From: Prorocentrum cordatum
Lineage: Eukaryota
DNA length: 64,000 bases
Direction: 5' to 3'
Assembly: GCA_963575745.1 (NCBI GenBank)
Contig: CAUYUJ010000103.1
Location: 1-64,000 of the forward strand
The first letter of the stretch is position 1. Each line of letters starts with the position of its first letter. Below the pieces are notes generated by a model that ran no database searches, was not told the origin of the DNA, and worked only from the letters and a program-made list of their open reading frames with translations. This document shows positions 43,301 to 55,600 of the stretch, one piece after another. Made by a program: the position numbers and the translations under genes.

Positions 43301-46300
43301 ATGGGCCAGGGCAGTGAGGTCGCCGACTTCCCGCGAGGCTCCCCTTGTGATGCGCTGGAGGTGCCCGGGGTGGGGGGCCTCGGGCGGGCGGCCGCTTCCT
43401 CTGCTTGGCGCGCTGGCGCGGGGTCCGACGCTCTTTCGCCTGGGATTGTCTCCCTGCCCCCAGACCACGCGCTGGCGATAGTCGCGCGCGCGCGGTGGGC
43501 AGCGCGGGCTCGGTCAGGATGGCCGGCGGCTGTCTTGTCAGTGCGCGTCGCGCTGCTCGGCAGGCCTGCTGAAGGCCTTCGGCGCGTCGCCCTTCTCCTG
43601 CGCCCTACGGGCTCCACGCAGAGGCCCGAGTCGTGCGCGTCAGGCGGTGGGCGGCGCGGAATGCTAGGCCCTTTTTCGCCCTTGGCCAGGGCGGCGAGTT
43701 TGCGGCGGGCGTCGCAGCCCGCGCCGCGGTGCGCGCCGAGGCAGTGGGCAAGAAGGGCGGCGACGCCATCGTCGCCGTGCGGGTCGACATCAGCGCGTGT
43801 TTCGGCAGGGTCGCGCGGGTGGAGATCACGACGGCGGCGGGGGCGCGCGGGTTCCCAGTCGCCATCTTGAGGGCGGTGATGAGCATGCGTTGCGCGCCGC
43901 GCCGTGCACGCCTGAGGAGCGCTGACTCCTGCGCGGCGCAGGTTCGGCGGGGCGTGCTGCTGTGATGCGCGGCGGCAGTGTGCCTGCTCAGGCTCGTGAT
44001 GCTCGCGATCTGTGATGTGCCCCCACTTCCTGCGCGCTCGGGTCCATCGACGTGTGTTCTGACGACGTCGCAGTGCAGATGATTGAACGCATCAGTGCCG
44101 TCGTGGATACGGCGTCGGCAATGCCCGCCAGGCTCGCGGTCGTGCTCAGGGCGCTGCAGCTGTCTATAGCAAGGGACAAAGCAAAGGTGCCCAGCTCGGA
44201 CATCGACGCGGCCAGGCAGGCGGTGGCGCGCGCGAAGGCCCAGCGCTTCAGAGTAGCTGCGTCTGTGAATGTCTTGGCATGGAGACGCTTGCAGGCAAGG
44301 CCATCTTGCTTGGCAGTTCAGGCGAGGATCCGTCGCCAGCTGCTACTTTGATTTTGCTGGCGTTGCAGCTCCAGCCGTCGCCTCGCCGGCTGCCGGGGTG
44401 CATTGCCCCGTTCGATATCATTTTCGCGTGGGTTCAGCTGGTCATGGAGGGCGTGGCCAGTCATGATGTTCTGGCAGGAGCGTGGGGCCGCCAGTGTTGT
44501 TTGTTTCATGGGTTCAGATCGCCGTGGAAGTTCCTCGTGGGGCCAGCCAGCGCGGTGGTAACTTGCCTAAAGAATCTGAACTGGAGTTGCGCGGGTTTCG
44601 CGGCGAGGGCCACGGGCGCGGGCGTCGAGCTGGACCTGGCGTCGCAGGCGCCCACGTGGATTCATGGGGTGGCGCGCTGGGTTTGCGCCCGCGCGAAGTA
44701 GGGGGCCTGGGCGAGGAAAGCGGACGCGGCTCCAAAGACGGCGTCCCCGCCGCGGGATCTCCGAGGCTACCGGCTCGAGCCGCTGCGCCCGATGCTCGAC
44801 GCCCCGCCGACGGCTAGGCTGCGGCGGCCGGGGGTGCGAGCAGCGGGCGCCCCGCGCTCCGCCCTCGTCGGCTGCCAGTTGTCTTGGCGGCGCCTGGCAA
44901 ATCGCAACTTCTCGGGCGTGAATCACTGCCAGATTTGTGAAGATGGCTGGAGCGGCGCGCTCCACCGCTGAATTTTGCGCTGCCCCGGAGCGCGCAGAGC
45001 GCGCGCCGAGGCGGCGGGTGCTGACGTTGTCGCGAGAGCCAGAGAAGCAGCCGTCAACGACCTCCTCTACGCGCGCGCCCTCGTGCCCGGGGCTCGCCTG
45101 CCCCAGGTGCCGCCGCCCATTGCGAGCGAGGCGCGGCGCTGCGACAGGTTGGGGAACGGCCTCGCCATTGCGGGGGCCGCGTTCGCAGACGGGTCGGGCC
45201 GGTCCCCGATAGGCTGGCCAGAGGCGAGCAGGGCCAGCTGGGGCTTGGCCACCGCGCAGTCACACCGATGCAAGGCGTAGCCCACGGGCCGCTGCCAGGC
45301 CACGAGCGGTGGTTTCCGAGAGCCGAGCTGCATGCCATCATGCAAGTTGTGAGGCGCGGCATCTTGCCCTTGGCTATCAATGCAGATTGCCTCCACGTAG
45401 TGGAAGCCATTCAGAAAGGAGCCTGCCTGGTGTCTACGCGTTCGCAAAGATCATTTCGATGTGTGGAAGCAGTTCTGGAGCGTGGTGCAGGATCAAGGAG
45501 GGATCTCAGACGATCTTCGCATATAGTGGGTGGGGTCTCTTCGATCGGGGCTGGCGATGTCGGCTGGGCTGGGCAAGTTGACAACGAGAGGGCGGGCGTT
45601 GCGGCCGAGCGGAGGCCCCGATGTGATGATATCCGCGAGTCGATCCCGAGCTCGCGCTAGTTGTTGTTCCGCATGCCCCTGGGATGCACAGACTAGGGTG
45701 AACATGCTCTAGGTGCCCTAGGTTTGCCGGGTCCTGGGTTGGGAGTGGGCGCGTGTGTGCTTGGCCGCGCAATGCGCGGCCGTGCCGTGCCCGTCCTCCT
45801 GCGCTGCCCGCGGAAGAAGCCCTGGGGCCCATTGTGAAGCGAGCCCTCGAGAGAGCCTCGAATGCCGAATATGTTCGAGCCGTCCGCGGGAGGTTTAGCT
45901 GTGAGCGGCCTCCCCAGGGCCCCGCGCCCCCCTCGGCGTCCTCGGGCGCGCCTGTCCCCGGGCCCCCCTCTCGCCTTGGGGAGGCGATCCAGGGCCCTGG
46001 TCAGGTCCAGGAACGGGAATTCATTGACGGCCAGGCGCAGGAGCAGCCTGGCCTGGACCCCGCCCCCGCCCGCGGAGGCCCTGTGGAACGCGGTGGATGT
46101 TGCCTCGAAGAAGCGCCCGCGGCTGGCCTTCCTTCCCGGCGGGTGCCGCGCCGTTCCTCCTGGGGCCTGGCTGTCCCATGCCGGCCCCGCCCCGCCGGGG
46201 TGCCTCCGCGGTCGTCGCTCTTATGTTGCCGATTACCTGGGCGGCTGTGCTCTCTATTGCGCGCGTTTGGCTCGCGGTGGCCGCTCGAAAGTTCGCGACC

Positions 46301-46460
46301 GATGCGACCCTGGCCTGCTGGTCGACAGCGATCAATTGCATGTCGGTGGTCCACCCTGTAGGCGCGAAGGGTGGATCCGCCATTCCTGCCCCCCGAATGC
46401 TCGAGGTCACTGGCGAGGCCGTGCGATGGCTGGGTTTCATTTGAATTCTGTACTTTCTGT
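40378..46460 (+). mobile_element. Decayed LINE: ORF1 (coiled-coil), APE endonuclease, RT, RNase H, Cys-rich C-terminus
   Basis: APE: LVTFDGSCW...RELKL (~41615-41715), FGGDWN (~42040). RT: DISACFGRV (~43787), SDD (~44060). RNase H: FADGSG (~45182), RAELHA, INADC, NERA. Many stops and frameshifts. SL-like accatttgggctc at the 5' end. Confidence 0.85.
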
Positions 46461-46692
46461 ATGAGCCTGTTCGGCCTTAGGGCGTCCTTGTTCGGGGCTG
46501 CGCCGAGCCCCGACGACTGCGTCGGCGACGTCGCGCCCCCCTGGAGTGGCAGCGCTAATTGTTTATCTTTGCGAGGCCTTGGCGTTGTCCTTGTTCTGTG
46601 ATCGATTTTGCTGCGATGCGCGTCCGATCGCCCCGTTTAATGCCCGGGCCCGAACTCGGCGCGTCTTCCCGCGTGCTCGCCCCCCCCTTCCC

Positions 46693-49600
46693 CCGGTCAC
46701 TTTGGCTCGAGATGTCTGCGCCTCGGGCCTCCCGCGCCCTCGTGCCGAGGAGGGTCTGCTTTGTTCCCCGAGCCGGCTTTCCAACCTATTCGGCCCCCCC
46801 CCCCGGCCCCGGCGCGGGTTCAGTGGCTCCTGGCGGAGTCCGCGCGTGGAGCGGGTGTCGCGAGCCCCGCGGCCCCTCTCCCCGGTGCCCTCGGCGGGCC
46901 GGGGCCTCCAGCGCGGGGCTGCTCGCGCGGGGCCGACAAGCTCTGGGCGCCCATGGCGCGGCGCCGGCGCGGGCGAAGCGCCCCTGCTCGGATTGCGGCC
47001 GAGGCCGAGGCGGGGCGCGCCGAGGCCGCGTCGGAGAAGGGCAAGTCAGCCCCGGGCGATGGTCGGCGCCGCGCCGCCCCCGCCCCGCGGGCGAAGAGCC
47101 GCGATGAACTATCCGCGAGCTTCGCAGGCATGGCGCAGAGCTTCGCGAGGGGCCTGCGGCGGGCGAGAAGTTCGGCAAGCAGTCGGCAGATTCTGCAGTC
47201 GGTGATGATGGGGTAAGTCAACCGCGCCGAGCTGCTCGCTGCAATTCAATGCCATGAGAAGGCCATCAAAGACTGAGGAACCAGTGTTGGTCAAGCAGAC
47301 GCGCACCTTGGAGCTCGAGACGTTGCGCGTTCAGTTCGAGAGCGCCCAGCCCCCCGAGGCCGCCCGCCGTCGCGCCCGGACAAGCTCGAGAACGCGCTGC
47401 AGCAGCCCGGGGAGTTGGAGTCTGATGCGGAGAAGATTGCCATGCAGTTGGATGAGCTGAAGGCGGCGCTCGAGAATCAGAAGGCAGTCGCCCTCTCCTG
47501 GCAGGCGGAGGTTGAGGCTGTCCGCAAGTCCTTCGCGGACGCAGCAGAGGCCTTGGCCCCTGAGGACAGAGGTGGCGCGAGATCAAGTTTGCCGCGACTG
47601 AGTTGCCGGAGGGCGCCCGACGGGCCGTCGCCACTCTTGGCGACGACGCCGTCACCGAGCTCCGCAGTTGTTTTGGGTGGGGTGTGTGGGTGGGGTGGGG
47701 TGGGGGGGGGGGGGGGGGCGTCGCGAGGCCGCCGTGGCCCGGCCTCAACCCGCGCCGCAATATGAGCCTGGTCCTCAGGACGCTGCCGATGATGCTGATG
47801 ACGTGCCTCGGGGTCAGCCAGCAGGAGTGGGGTCAGACGTCATGGGGCAGAATGCATTTCCAGAGTGGAGCTGCAGGAACTCATTGAGTAGGCAGCGAAA
47901 GGTGACGCAGGTGTCGGCGACAATGGGAGCGCGTTTGTGCAGCAGTTCAATGATGATCTCCCAGGATTCAAGGCAGGAGCTTTGACGGCCCTTTGCTCGC
48001 CACCTGCCTCCCTGTGCGTCGCGGACATGTGCGTCCGCCGCCTGATCCTGGTTCTTGCGGCGTTTTCTTCGTCGAGTCGTTCAATGCCAATCGTGGCGCC
48101 CGCGCGCTGAAGGAGAGGGTGCCGGCGTCATGTGCGATGTTCTCTGTTGGCCAAGGGGCGGGATTTACGGGCGGAGAAGCTGATGATTTCGTGGCGCGGG
48201 CTGGTCGCTGGGGCTCGAAATGTCTGACCATCCCAGTGGCAGTGTCTAGTGGGGCCACCCCCGCCTGGGGAGCTGCTATCCCGGTTTGTGATCATGTTGG
48301 ACTCCGTGGGCCAGATACTGATAGCTTGATTGCGCACTCAAGGAGGGCCCTCCATGCAGTTGTCCACCTTCCTGGGCGGCCATCGCTGCGCGTCGTGATT
48401 GTCCTTTTGTTCGTGAAGCAAGTTAATCGAGGCAGAAATGCAAGCACCTGGTCTCAGATTGCATTTCGCGCGTCTGCTATTGCCCACCCAGTTGTCTTGG
48501 CTGGTGGCTGGAATGCGGCCCCTCGAGACATCGAGGGCTCGGGGTTTCTTCGCGAGGCCAAGTTGGTTCTGGTCGCCCCTGCCTTGCCGGCGTGCGTCAC
48601 TTCGAAGGCGAACCGGGCCATCGATTTTCCAGTGTGGACGGCGTTGCATGGGGGCTTCCTCGAGCCAGTTAATGTTGATGCGACTTGGATGCAGAGACCG
48701 CATCGCCCAATCGTCTTCGGTCTTTCCACGGAGGGCCCGAGACAGCAGTGCCTCGCCTATGCCGTGGCCACGAAGTACCGCGCTGAGCGGGTGAGTGGAC
48801 TTGTCCGTCCTGGGCCAGATTGGAGCCATTCAAATGCTCTGGCGGATGCCGCTGTCAATGCTTGCTATAGGCAATTGGCCCGTGCCGCTCGGTGCTTATT
48901 GTCGCGTGCTTGGGATGAATTTGCGCGCGCTGCCGAGCAGGTGGTTCGAACCGTGACTGATGCGCATTGAGGTCGCTCCATGTGGGGCGCTCCGCCTAAG
49001 ACGCGATGGGTTCACTGCAGTTCCTGTCCAGAGTCCATTTCTGATGCCAGGGCTACTGCTCGCGGTTGGGCGTGGCGCAGCTAGCCAGTTGGCAACTTCG
49101 TCAAGATGCGCAAGCGCAGCTGCGCGACCTTACCGTGCCTGAAAGCGTTCACGAAGGCAAAGTATTTTGGCCAAGGACTTGGCGCTAGACTTACCGCGCG
49201 CGCGCTGGGAGCCAGAGTCACATCGGGTCATAGCACGGTTCGCGCCGCAGGCGCTGGAGGTCAGATGCCAGTCCCGGCTACTGCGCACCTGGCCGAGGGC
49301 AACGCCTAGTTTGCTCAATCGGATGGTGCACCTGTATGGAGTGCCCTTGCTGGGTCGGATGCCCTGGAAGTTCGGCAAGAGCATCCAGGTTTCGATGCTG
49401 ATGAGGTTTTCGGTGCCCACCGCGTCCCGCATATCAATGGTGCTGGTGGGGCAGCTGCCCCGTCACCGTCAACAGCTGCGCCTCAGAATGGTGGTCCTGA
49501 CATTGGATCCAGGCTGGGCGCCTCTCCGCACCTCCTGGGCGCCGTGATTCTGCGCAGCCTCCCATGGCCAGCGACGCGGGAGCCAGTCCGCAGGGCCGGG

Positions 49601-52540
49601 GAATGGCAGAGAATCCGAATCATTGTCTGTGCCGCATGTATTGGGGTGCTTGTGCTGGCAGAAGTGCGCTTAGCCTGGCGTGTATCCAGGCGGCTCGAAG
49701 TGAGTTTGAAGCGAGCGAAGGCAGGCGCAGCTTCTTGTTGCTAATGGACTACAGCAAGTTCAGTGAGAGCATGCCCCTCGCTGTCTTGGGATATCGATTG
49801 CCACTGCGTGGCATGTCCATGCCGGCGCTCAAATCGGTCTTCGATGCGTGGCGAGCTCCTCGCAGCATCCGTCTCGTGGTCGTGTCCTTCAGCTGTCTAC
49901 GGTCAACCGGCTGATTTTGCTTATGCTGGCGTGGCAGGCCTAGCTTTTCATTGTGCATGATGGGTTCATACAGCGAAACCCGTAGGTCGATTGCATGAGC
50001 TGCATGAATGACACGGCTTTCATGTGAGTGTCAAAAACAATGATATCGTTGTTGGTGTGGCTGTCCAGGCTGGGATTCAATTTCAGGAGTCTCGCTGGCG
50101 GCTGGAGGCGACCCTCGGCGACCAGGTGGCCATCGTGTCAAGTGACGCGCAGATCGGACCGAAAATTGCGGATGATATTGGCGTATCCAAGAACAAGGCT
50201 AAAGTGGCCGCTTCTTATTAGGGTGCGAATTTTGCTTGTAGTCGTCGCCACGCACGCCCGCTTGCTGCCGGGAACGGGGCACTCGGCCGCGCAAATCCTC
50301 GCGGCGCCCTGCTGAGGTGACCAGATTCAAGTAGATGAAGAACATCGATGGCTGATTTGGACGTGTCTATACGAATTGCACCAACACTATTGCGCAATCT
50401 GGCGTTGAGATCAATGGTGTTGTCGACGTGGAGCTGCCCGCCATCCGCCGCGAGGCCACGTCCAACCTGGCGCCGGTGGCCCGAGGCGCCAGCCTCCGCG
50501 CCAATGTTGCCCTGCGATGTGAGCCAGCTGTGCGAGACGCCGTGGCTCCAGTTTTTCAGCGGCGCAAAATGATCTGGCAAGCTGCGTCTTTTCCCGAAGT
50601 GGCCACCGCGAGAATGCTTGAGCTCGTGCGTATGTGGGAACAAGTTTTTTGCCCACGCATGAGCTGGGGCCAGATTTCCAGGGCGCCGCTTTGCCTTGCC
50701 CGAGTTGGGTGGTACCCTGCTTCGGTCATTGCGTGGGTGAACCAGGATGGTTGCACGATTCAACTCACTCAGTACCCCCCCTGCCATGTTTCGTCGGATG
50801 TTTGGCGCCGCTTTCCAGGGTGTCAAATGAGGGCTCACCTGGAAGCGGCCAGGAACTGTTTGATGGCCAAGTCGGCAAAGTTCACGAAGTGCCAACAGCG
50901 TCTAGTCCGCGCCGCTGCTGGCGACTGCCCATGGACGGAGCAGATGGCCCATGCAAGTGGGTGCCGCGCCTCCGAGGCGGGGCTCTGCGAACGTTGTGTT
51001 CCCCGGCGCTGCGCGTCGCCGCCTATCCTGTTGTTCCTGTTGTTTCACTGGCTCGATCGGACTCCGAAGCCCCTTCTTCCTATATCGAGGAGGCCCGATG
51101 GGGGCCCGTATTTTTTCTTCTGCGTGTAAAGGCGTGGTTTCGGTTCTCCCAAGGGGCGTCCCTCCCGTGCTCGGAGCTCCGTGCGCTCACGTGCTGAATG
51201 GTGAAGGAGAGTTGTTCCCCGACCTCGAGCCCCCTGGGGGGCCGCCGGTTTCGCTGGCCCAGGTGCCAGACTACTCCCGCGGTGGACGGCAGTGGCTCGA
51301 TGTTTTTTTCTCTGTTTCCAGCGAGCTGCCTTGGCCGTGTTCCGGTCCAGCCCCCAGACCGAGGCCGCCCAATCCGTTGTGCGCGGCACTGTGCCTGGAA
51401 GGTTTCCGCAGACTCCCGCTATGGCTGGGATTTTGTCCTTAGCCGTTGCTGGCCGAAGAGCTGACCGCAGCACCGGCATCCATGCGGAGTGTAAGGCGGC
51501 CATCGCCCAGGCGCTGTCGCCCGGGCACGAACAGCTTCGTGCCAGTCGAGTGTTTGCTGGTGTTTCATGTTTTGCTGAGCTCATCCAACATGTCAAAATC
51601 CACCGGAGCGGACTTCAGCGAAGGCTAGCCGGGCTGCCGACATCCGCGCTAAAGAGGCGCTGAAGTTACATCGACCTGTTGGCCCAGAGGCTAGCTGGCT
51701 CGAAGACGATGTCAAAAAGGCCTCCCCGTTTGACAAGCTTGCTGCTGCTGTGCTCCCCCCCGGTCTTTCAGTCCAGATCCTAGAGAGAGCGATCGTTTGC
51801 TCGCTTCAGGTCGGTCAAGTTTTCTCCTGGCCGGCACGAGTGGGGGCAGTGCCCGCTTGGAGCACAGAGCAAGCATTGTCTGATGGTTCATCGCGGGGGA
51901 TCCCCGAAGGAGGCCACGGGTTGCTCTGGGTACCCTGTTTTCGTTCGTATTGTCGTTCGCTTTTCTTCGGGGTACCTTATCGTTGGCGTGGCCTTTCATG
52001 ACATCCACCCCGGGGCTCAGGTGCCCATCAGTGCCCACCGGTGCCCACAGATCAACCGCTTTCAGTTTTTGTGCATTCGGTGTGGTTGCTGGGCCCAGCG
52101 GGGCTCCCGTAACCTCGAGAAGGTCTACGTGCGGCCCGCGCGGAAAAGCCGAGAGGTGCTTAGTAAATACGTCAAAGGCCTAGGCCCCAGCAGCCGTGTC
52201 TGGCAGTTCATTGGCAGAGCCGCTGCGGTGTCCGAGTTGCATGTGCAGCCCCTGCCGCGGTGTACGACTCTGGCTCGTACGTCCGTTCCCTCTGACCATT
52301 CCTGTGCCCCTTCTACTCCAGAGTATGAGCGACGGGTGGCGGTACTCTAGGAACGCGTTCGAGCCAGAATGGCTCGAACAGCGGGGGAATAGTTTCGGTC
52401 TCGGTACCCTGTCGCGGCCCTGGTCGGAGTGTTGGGAGCTCTGTCCTCCACGGTGACAAATCCCTTCTGATGGGTACCTTGACCCCAGTTTCAGACTTGC
52501 GAGTCTCTCCCCCTCGGGACTGTCCGAACCTAACCTAGCC
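46693..52540 (+). mobile_element. Decayed LINE: ORF1-like region, APE endonuclease, partial RT, C-terminal zinc-knuckle
   Basis: APE: VESFNAN (~48070), LAGGWN (~48500), AIDF, PHRPI. RT: WGACAGRSA, LMDYSKFSE (~49745). C-terminus HRC...LCIRCGCW (~52040-52095). SL-like ggtcactttggctcgag at 46695-46711. Confidence 0.8.
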
Positions 52541-52639
52541 TCCTCTTCCTCTTCCTCCTCATTCTCTTTCTCCTCTTCCTCCTCCTCCATTTCCTCGCTC
52601 GCTCGCTCGGTTTTAAGGCCGTTAATGACTGTGGCCTAC

Positions 52640-55600
52640 TCTTAGGAAAAAAATGGAGGCAGAGAGCAGGGGTCAGACATAGAGGTTGCCCACCATGGGG
52701 CAGCCCATTCGGTGCACGGCCGTCGTGACAGCGTCGGTCCCATCCAGCAACCGCATCCAGGGCACGAGACGGAAGCCGACCCTTCGAGCAAGGTCCAGAA
52801 GGGATTCAGGGGCCTCCAGAAGTCCAGGCACACAAGGGGGCCTCCAGGTTCTAGCCTCGACCTTTTCTCGCTTCATTTCGCACAGTCGGTCACAGAAAGC
52901 TTCGGCTACCAGTCTGACAACTGGCAGGGCAACGAGATCTGCAAGCACTCTCGCCCCCCTTCCCTAAGCGCATGCTCATGTCCACCCTTGCACATCCCTC
53001 CAGCTCTCAACCTATTCAAGTTGTCTTCCAGTCGTGGCGCACGCACTGTGATCAGCAAAATCGGGTCAAGGATCAGTCCAGCTCCTAAGGCACATTGGTG
53101 CACTTCCCTCACCTGAGCAAGCTCTTGCTTCTGGATTTGCCTTACCCGCGGGAACTCCGCCCCATCTTTTGTCCCAAATGTTGCCCCATCTTTTGTTCTC
53201 CTACGCACAGCAAAGGCAAACTCTGCTTCCTGGCAGCCAGCAACAGGGTCAAACCACCTCTGATGCAGGCATTCTCCAGTTCCAGCTCTCCTCTCTCCCT
53301 AGCCTTGGCACACTGGCTGCCCCAGGGTTTCTGCGGAGATCTCAACTCTCTCTGGCCATTCCCGCACTCTCCAAGAAGGGCAAGAAGGCCCCGCCAGCCA
53401 GTCACCCAACCCTGACACATTCCAACCATTTCTCCATGCTTTGGGTCGCCCACTCTTGGTGGGTTATGTGGACAACATTCACCTCGCACTCTTGTCTGCT
53501 GCAGGTGCTGCCGATTTTGTCCCGGAAATCAGTCTGGGCTCGCTGCCCCCTGCCAACAATCAAAAAAGGGGGAAGAAGTCTGACAAATTTGTTGCAACAC
53601 TTGGACAGCCGCGCTATCTTCACGTGGAGCGGCGGGCGGCATATAGACCATTGGTGCGTCCAGCTGAGCTTTGTCGCAAATGGGTGGCCCAATGGCTCTA
53701 TAGTCGGCGCGCTCAACAGCGTGCTCGTGCTTTCCTGCGGCCCGACTCCTCCTCCCTCCACCACGTGACGTTCTTCGAGATCGACGCCCCTGCCCGTCGC
53801 AACGTAACTTGCCGAACACACTCTATTCCTCTTGAGATGTTTGGCAAGGCGGCCATACGTGTGAAGTTGCGTCATGCAAACGTTACAGCACGTGCTTACC
53901 GTCCAGCTAGCAGGATCATCCTTATCTTTGTGATACTTGCCACCATGTATGGCCATGCCTCTCTGAGTGGCAGTGACATGACCACGCTCATAACATATGA
54001 AGCCTCCCTCCCCGTGGCCATCTCCCCCATCCCTATCCGAAGCCTCTCCTTCCTCCTTCTTCTCTTTCAGTCCAACAGCCTTCAACTCCTTGGCGGCCTC
54101 CGAAGTGAGACTCCTTTGCCTCTGCCTGCTCAATTCTCCCTTGGCGGCTTCAGGAACAAGAATTCACTTCTTGCTGGAAGATCTGGCAAACTCAATCCAC
54201 TCCTGAGCTGTGCCGTTCCCAGGGACATGTTTTTTGCCAACAATCCCGTTCAGTCATCCCAAATCCTTCCTCAACTCCTTGACCCAGCTCGCCTCATCAT
54301 TACACAACTTGTCAAGGCACACTCTGAGACCTCTTGGGCCATTGTTCAAAACTCTGGTGAGATGTCGCAGCCTGGCAATTCTCATGAGAGCTCTGTGTTC
54401 CGGCTTCCCAGCTAGATGCACGATCTTGGCTCATGATTATTTCTTCTCGTTATTGCCCCCGAGCGGCTTACCCGTGGCAGCCCTGTGCGCAGTGGCTTGC
54501 GCGGCAACAACCTTACGATGAGTACGCTTGGGGAGGGGTTCCCAAACCGCCACATTGAACCACAACCTGGACAGCGCATAAGCATCAGCATACTTTGTTT
54601 TAACCCACATGCACAGCTCTTTTCTTCTGCCTGAAGCCACTTGGATAGGACGGAGCTCCCTGCGCATTTGACTTATCCTGTGCGCCACCTCTGGGTTTGG
54701 GCTGCTTTTTTCTATGAGCATCGTGCCCAGCCTCTTGATCTGCTTGACCCTAGACACCCTAACGCCATGCTGCTCTGACACGATGTTCTCTTCGCCAGCA
54801 ATGGCCATGGCTTGTCTGGTCCTCTTTGCATTGGTTCAGACAAGGGACATACTTAGGTACGTCTTAGTAGAGTTGAGCTGCAATCCGCATCTGGACACGC
54901 ACTCATACACAATATCAATGAGCTGTGCCGCCTTCTCTGGCACCATTGCCGCATCCTTGATCTCTGCGACTGGTGTCAGATCGTCAGCAAAGGACACTGA
55001 GCAGCCTAGATCCTCCCAGTCACTTTCACAAGAAAAATGGTGCTCGACCGGGCGGGGTTCCCACTGGAGCTCACACTCTCTCTCATGCGCGTATCGATGC
55101 TAGACATGATCGGACTGACTGCGATGTTGAAACCATCCGTCGCCAGAATCGTGCCCGGCCTGGTCCTCAGTATGGGGCGGACACAGCTTGTGACATCTCT
55201 CACTTTCCACCACCCTCCCGCTTGAGTCTCCTTTACCAGCTCCAAGAGATGCTTATCATCAACGACAGTGTCTAACTCTCCCTCGGTATCAAGAGCCACT
55301 AAGGCTGAAAAAAGGGCCTCTGGTATCTGTGCATCTTTGAGCGCGTGTCTGAAATCTTCTTCCTCCCCAAGGAGTCACATCACACACTGCTTTATGACCT
55401 TATACATTGCCGCCGTTAAATCTAAGAAAAGGATAATGGTGCTCAGGCCCTCCCTTTTTTGAGCCCGAAACCTGGAACGAACCCAGTGAGTGGCGACGTC
55501 AGTGCCTTTGCCCTGGAGCCCCCCGCGTTGTGGCTCAACCATGCACATCTCGTGGTGAACCTTGGCCGGAGTGTTCCCCAGGAGGATACTCCGCTGGGCA

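Noticed and set aside
41921..43870. 649-aa ORF as a real gene
   Set aside because: It is an off-frame GC-rich read-through across decayed LINE ORF2. The recognisable motifs lie in shifting frames.
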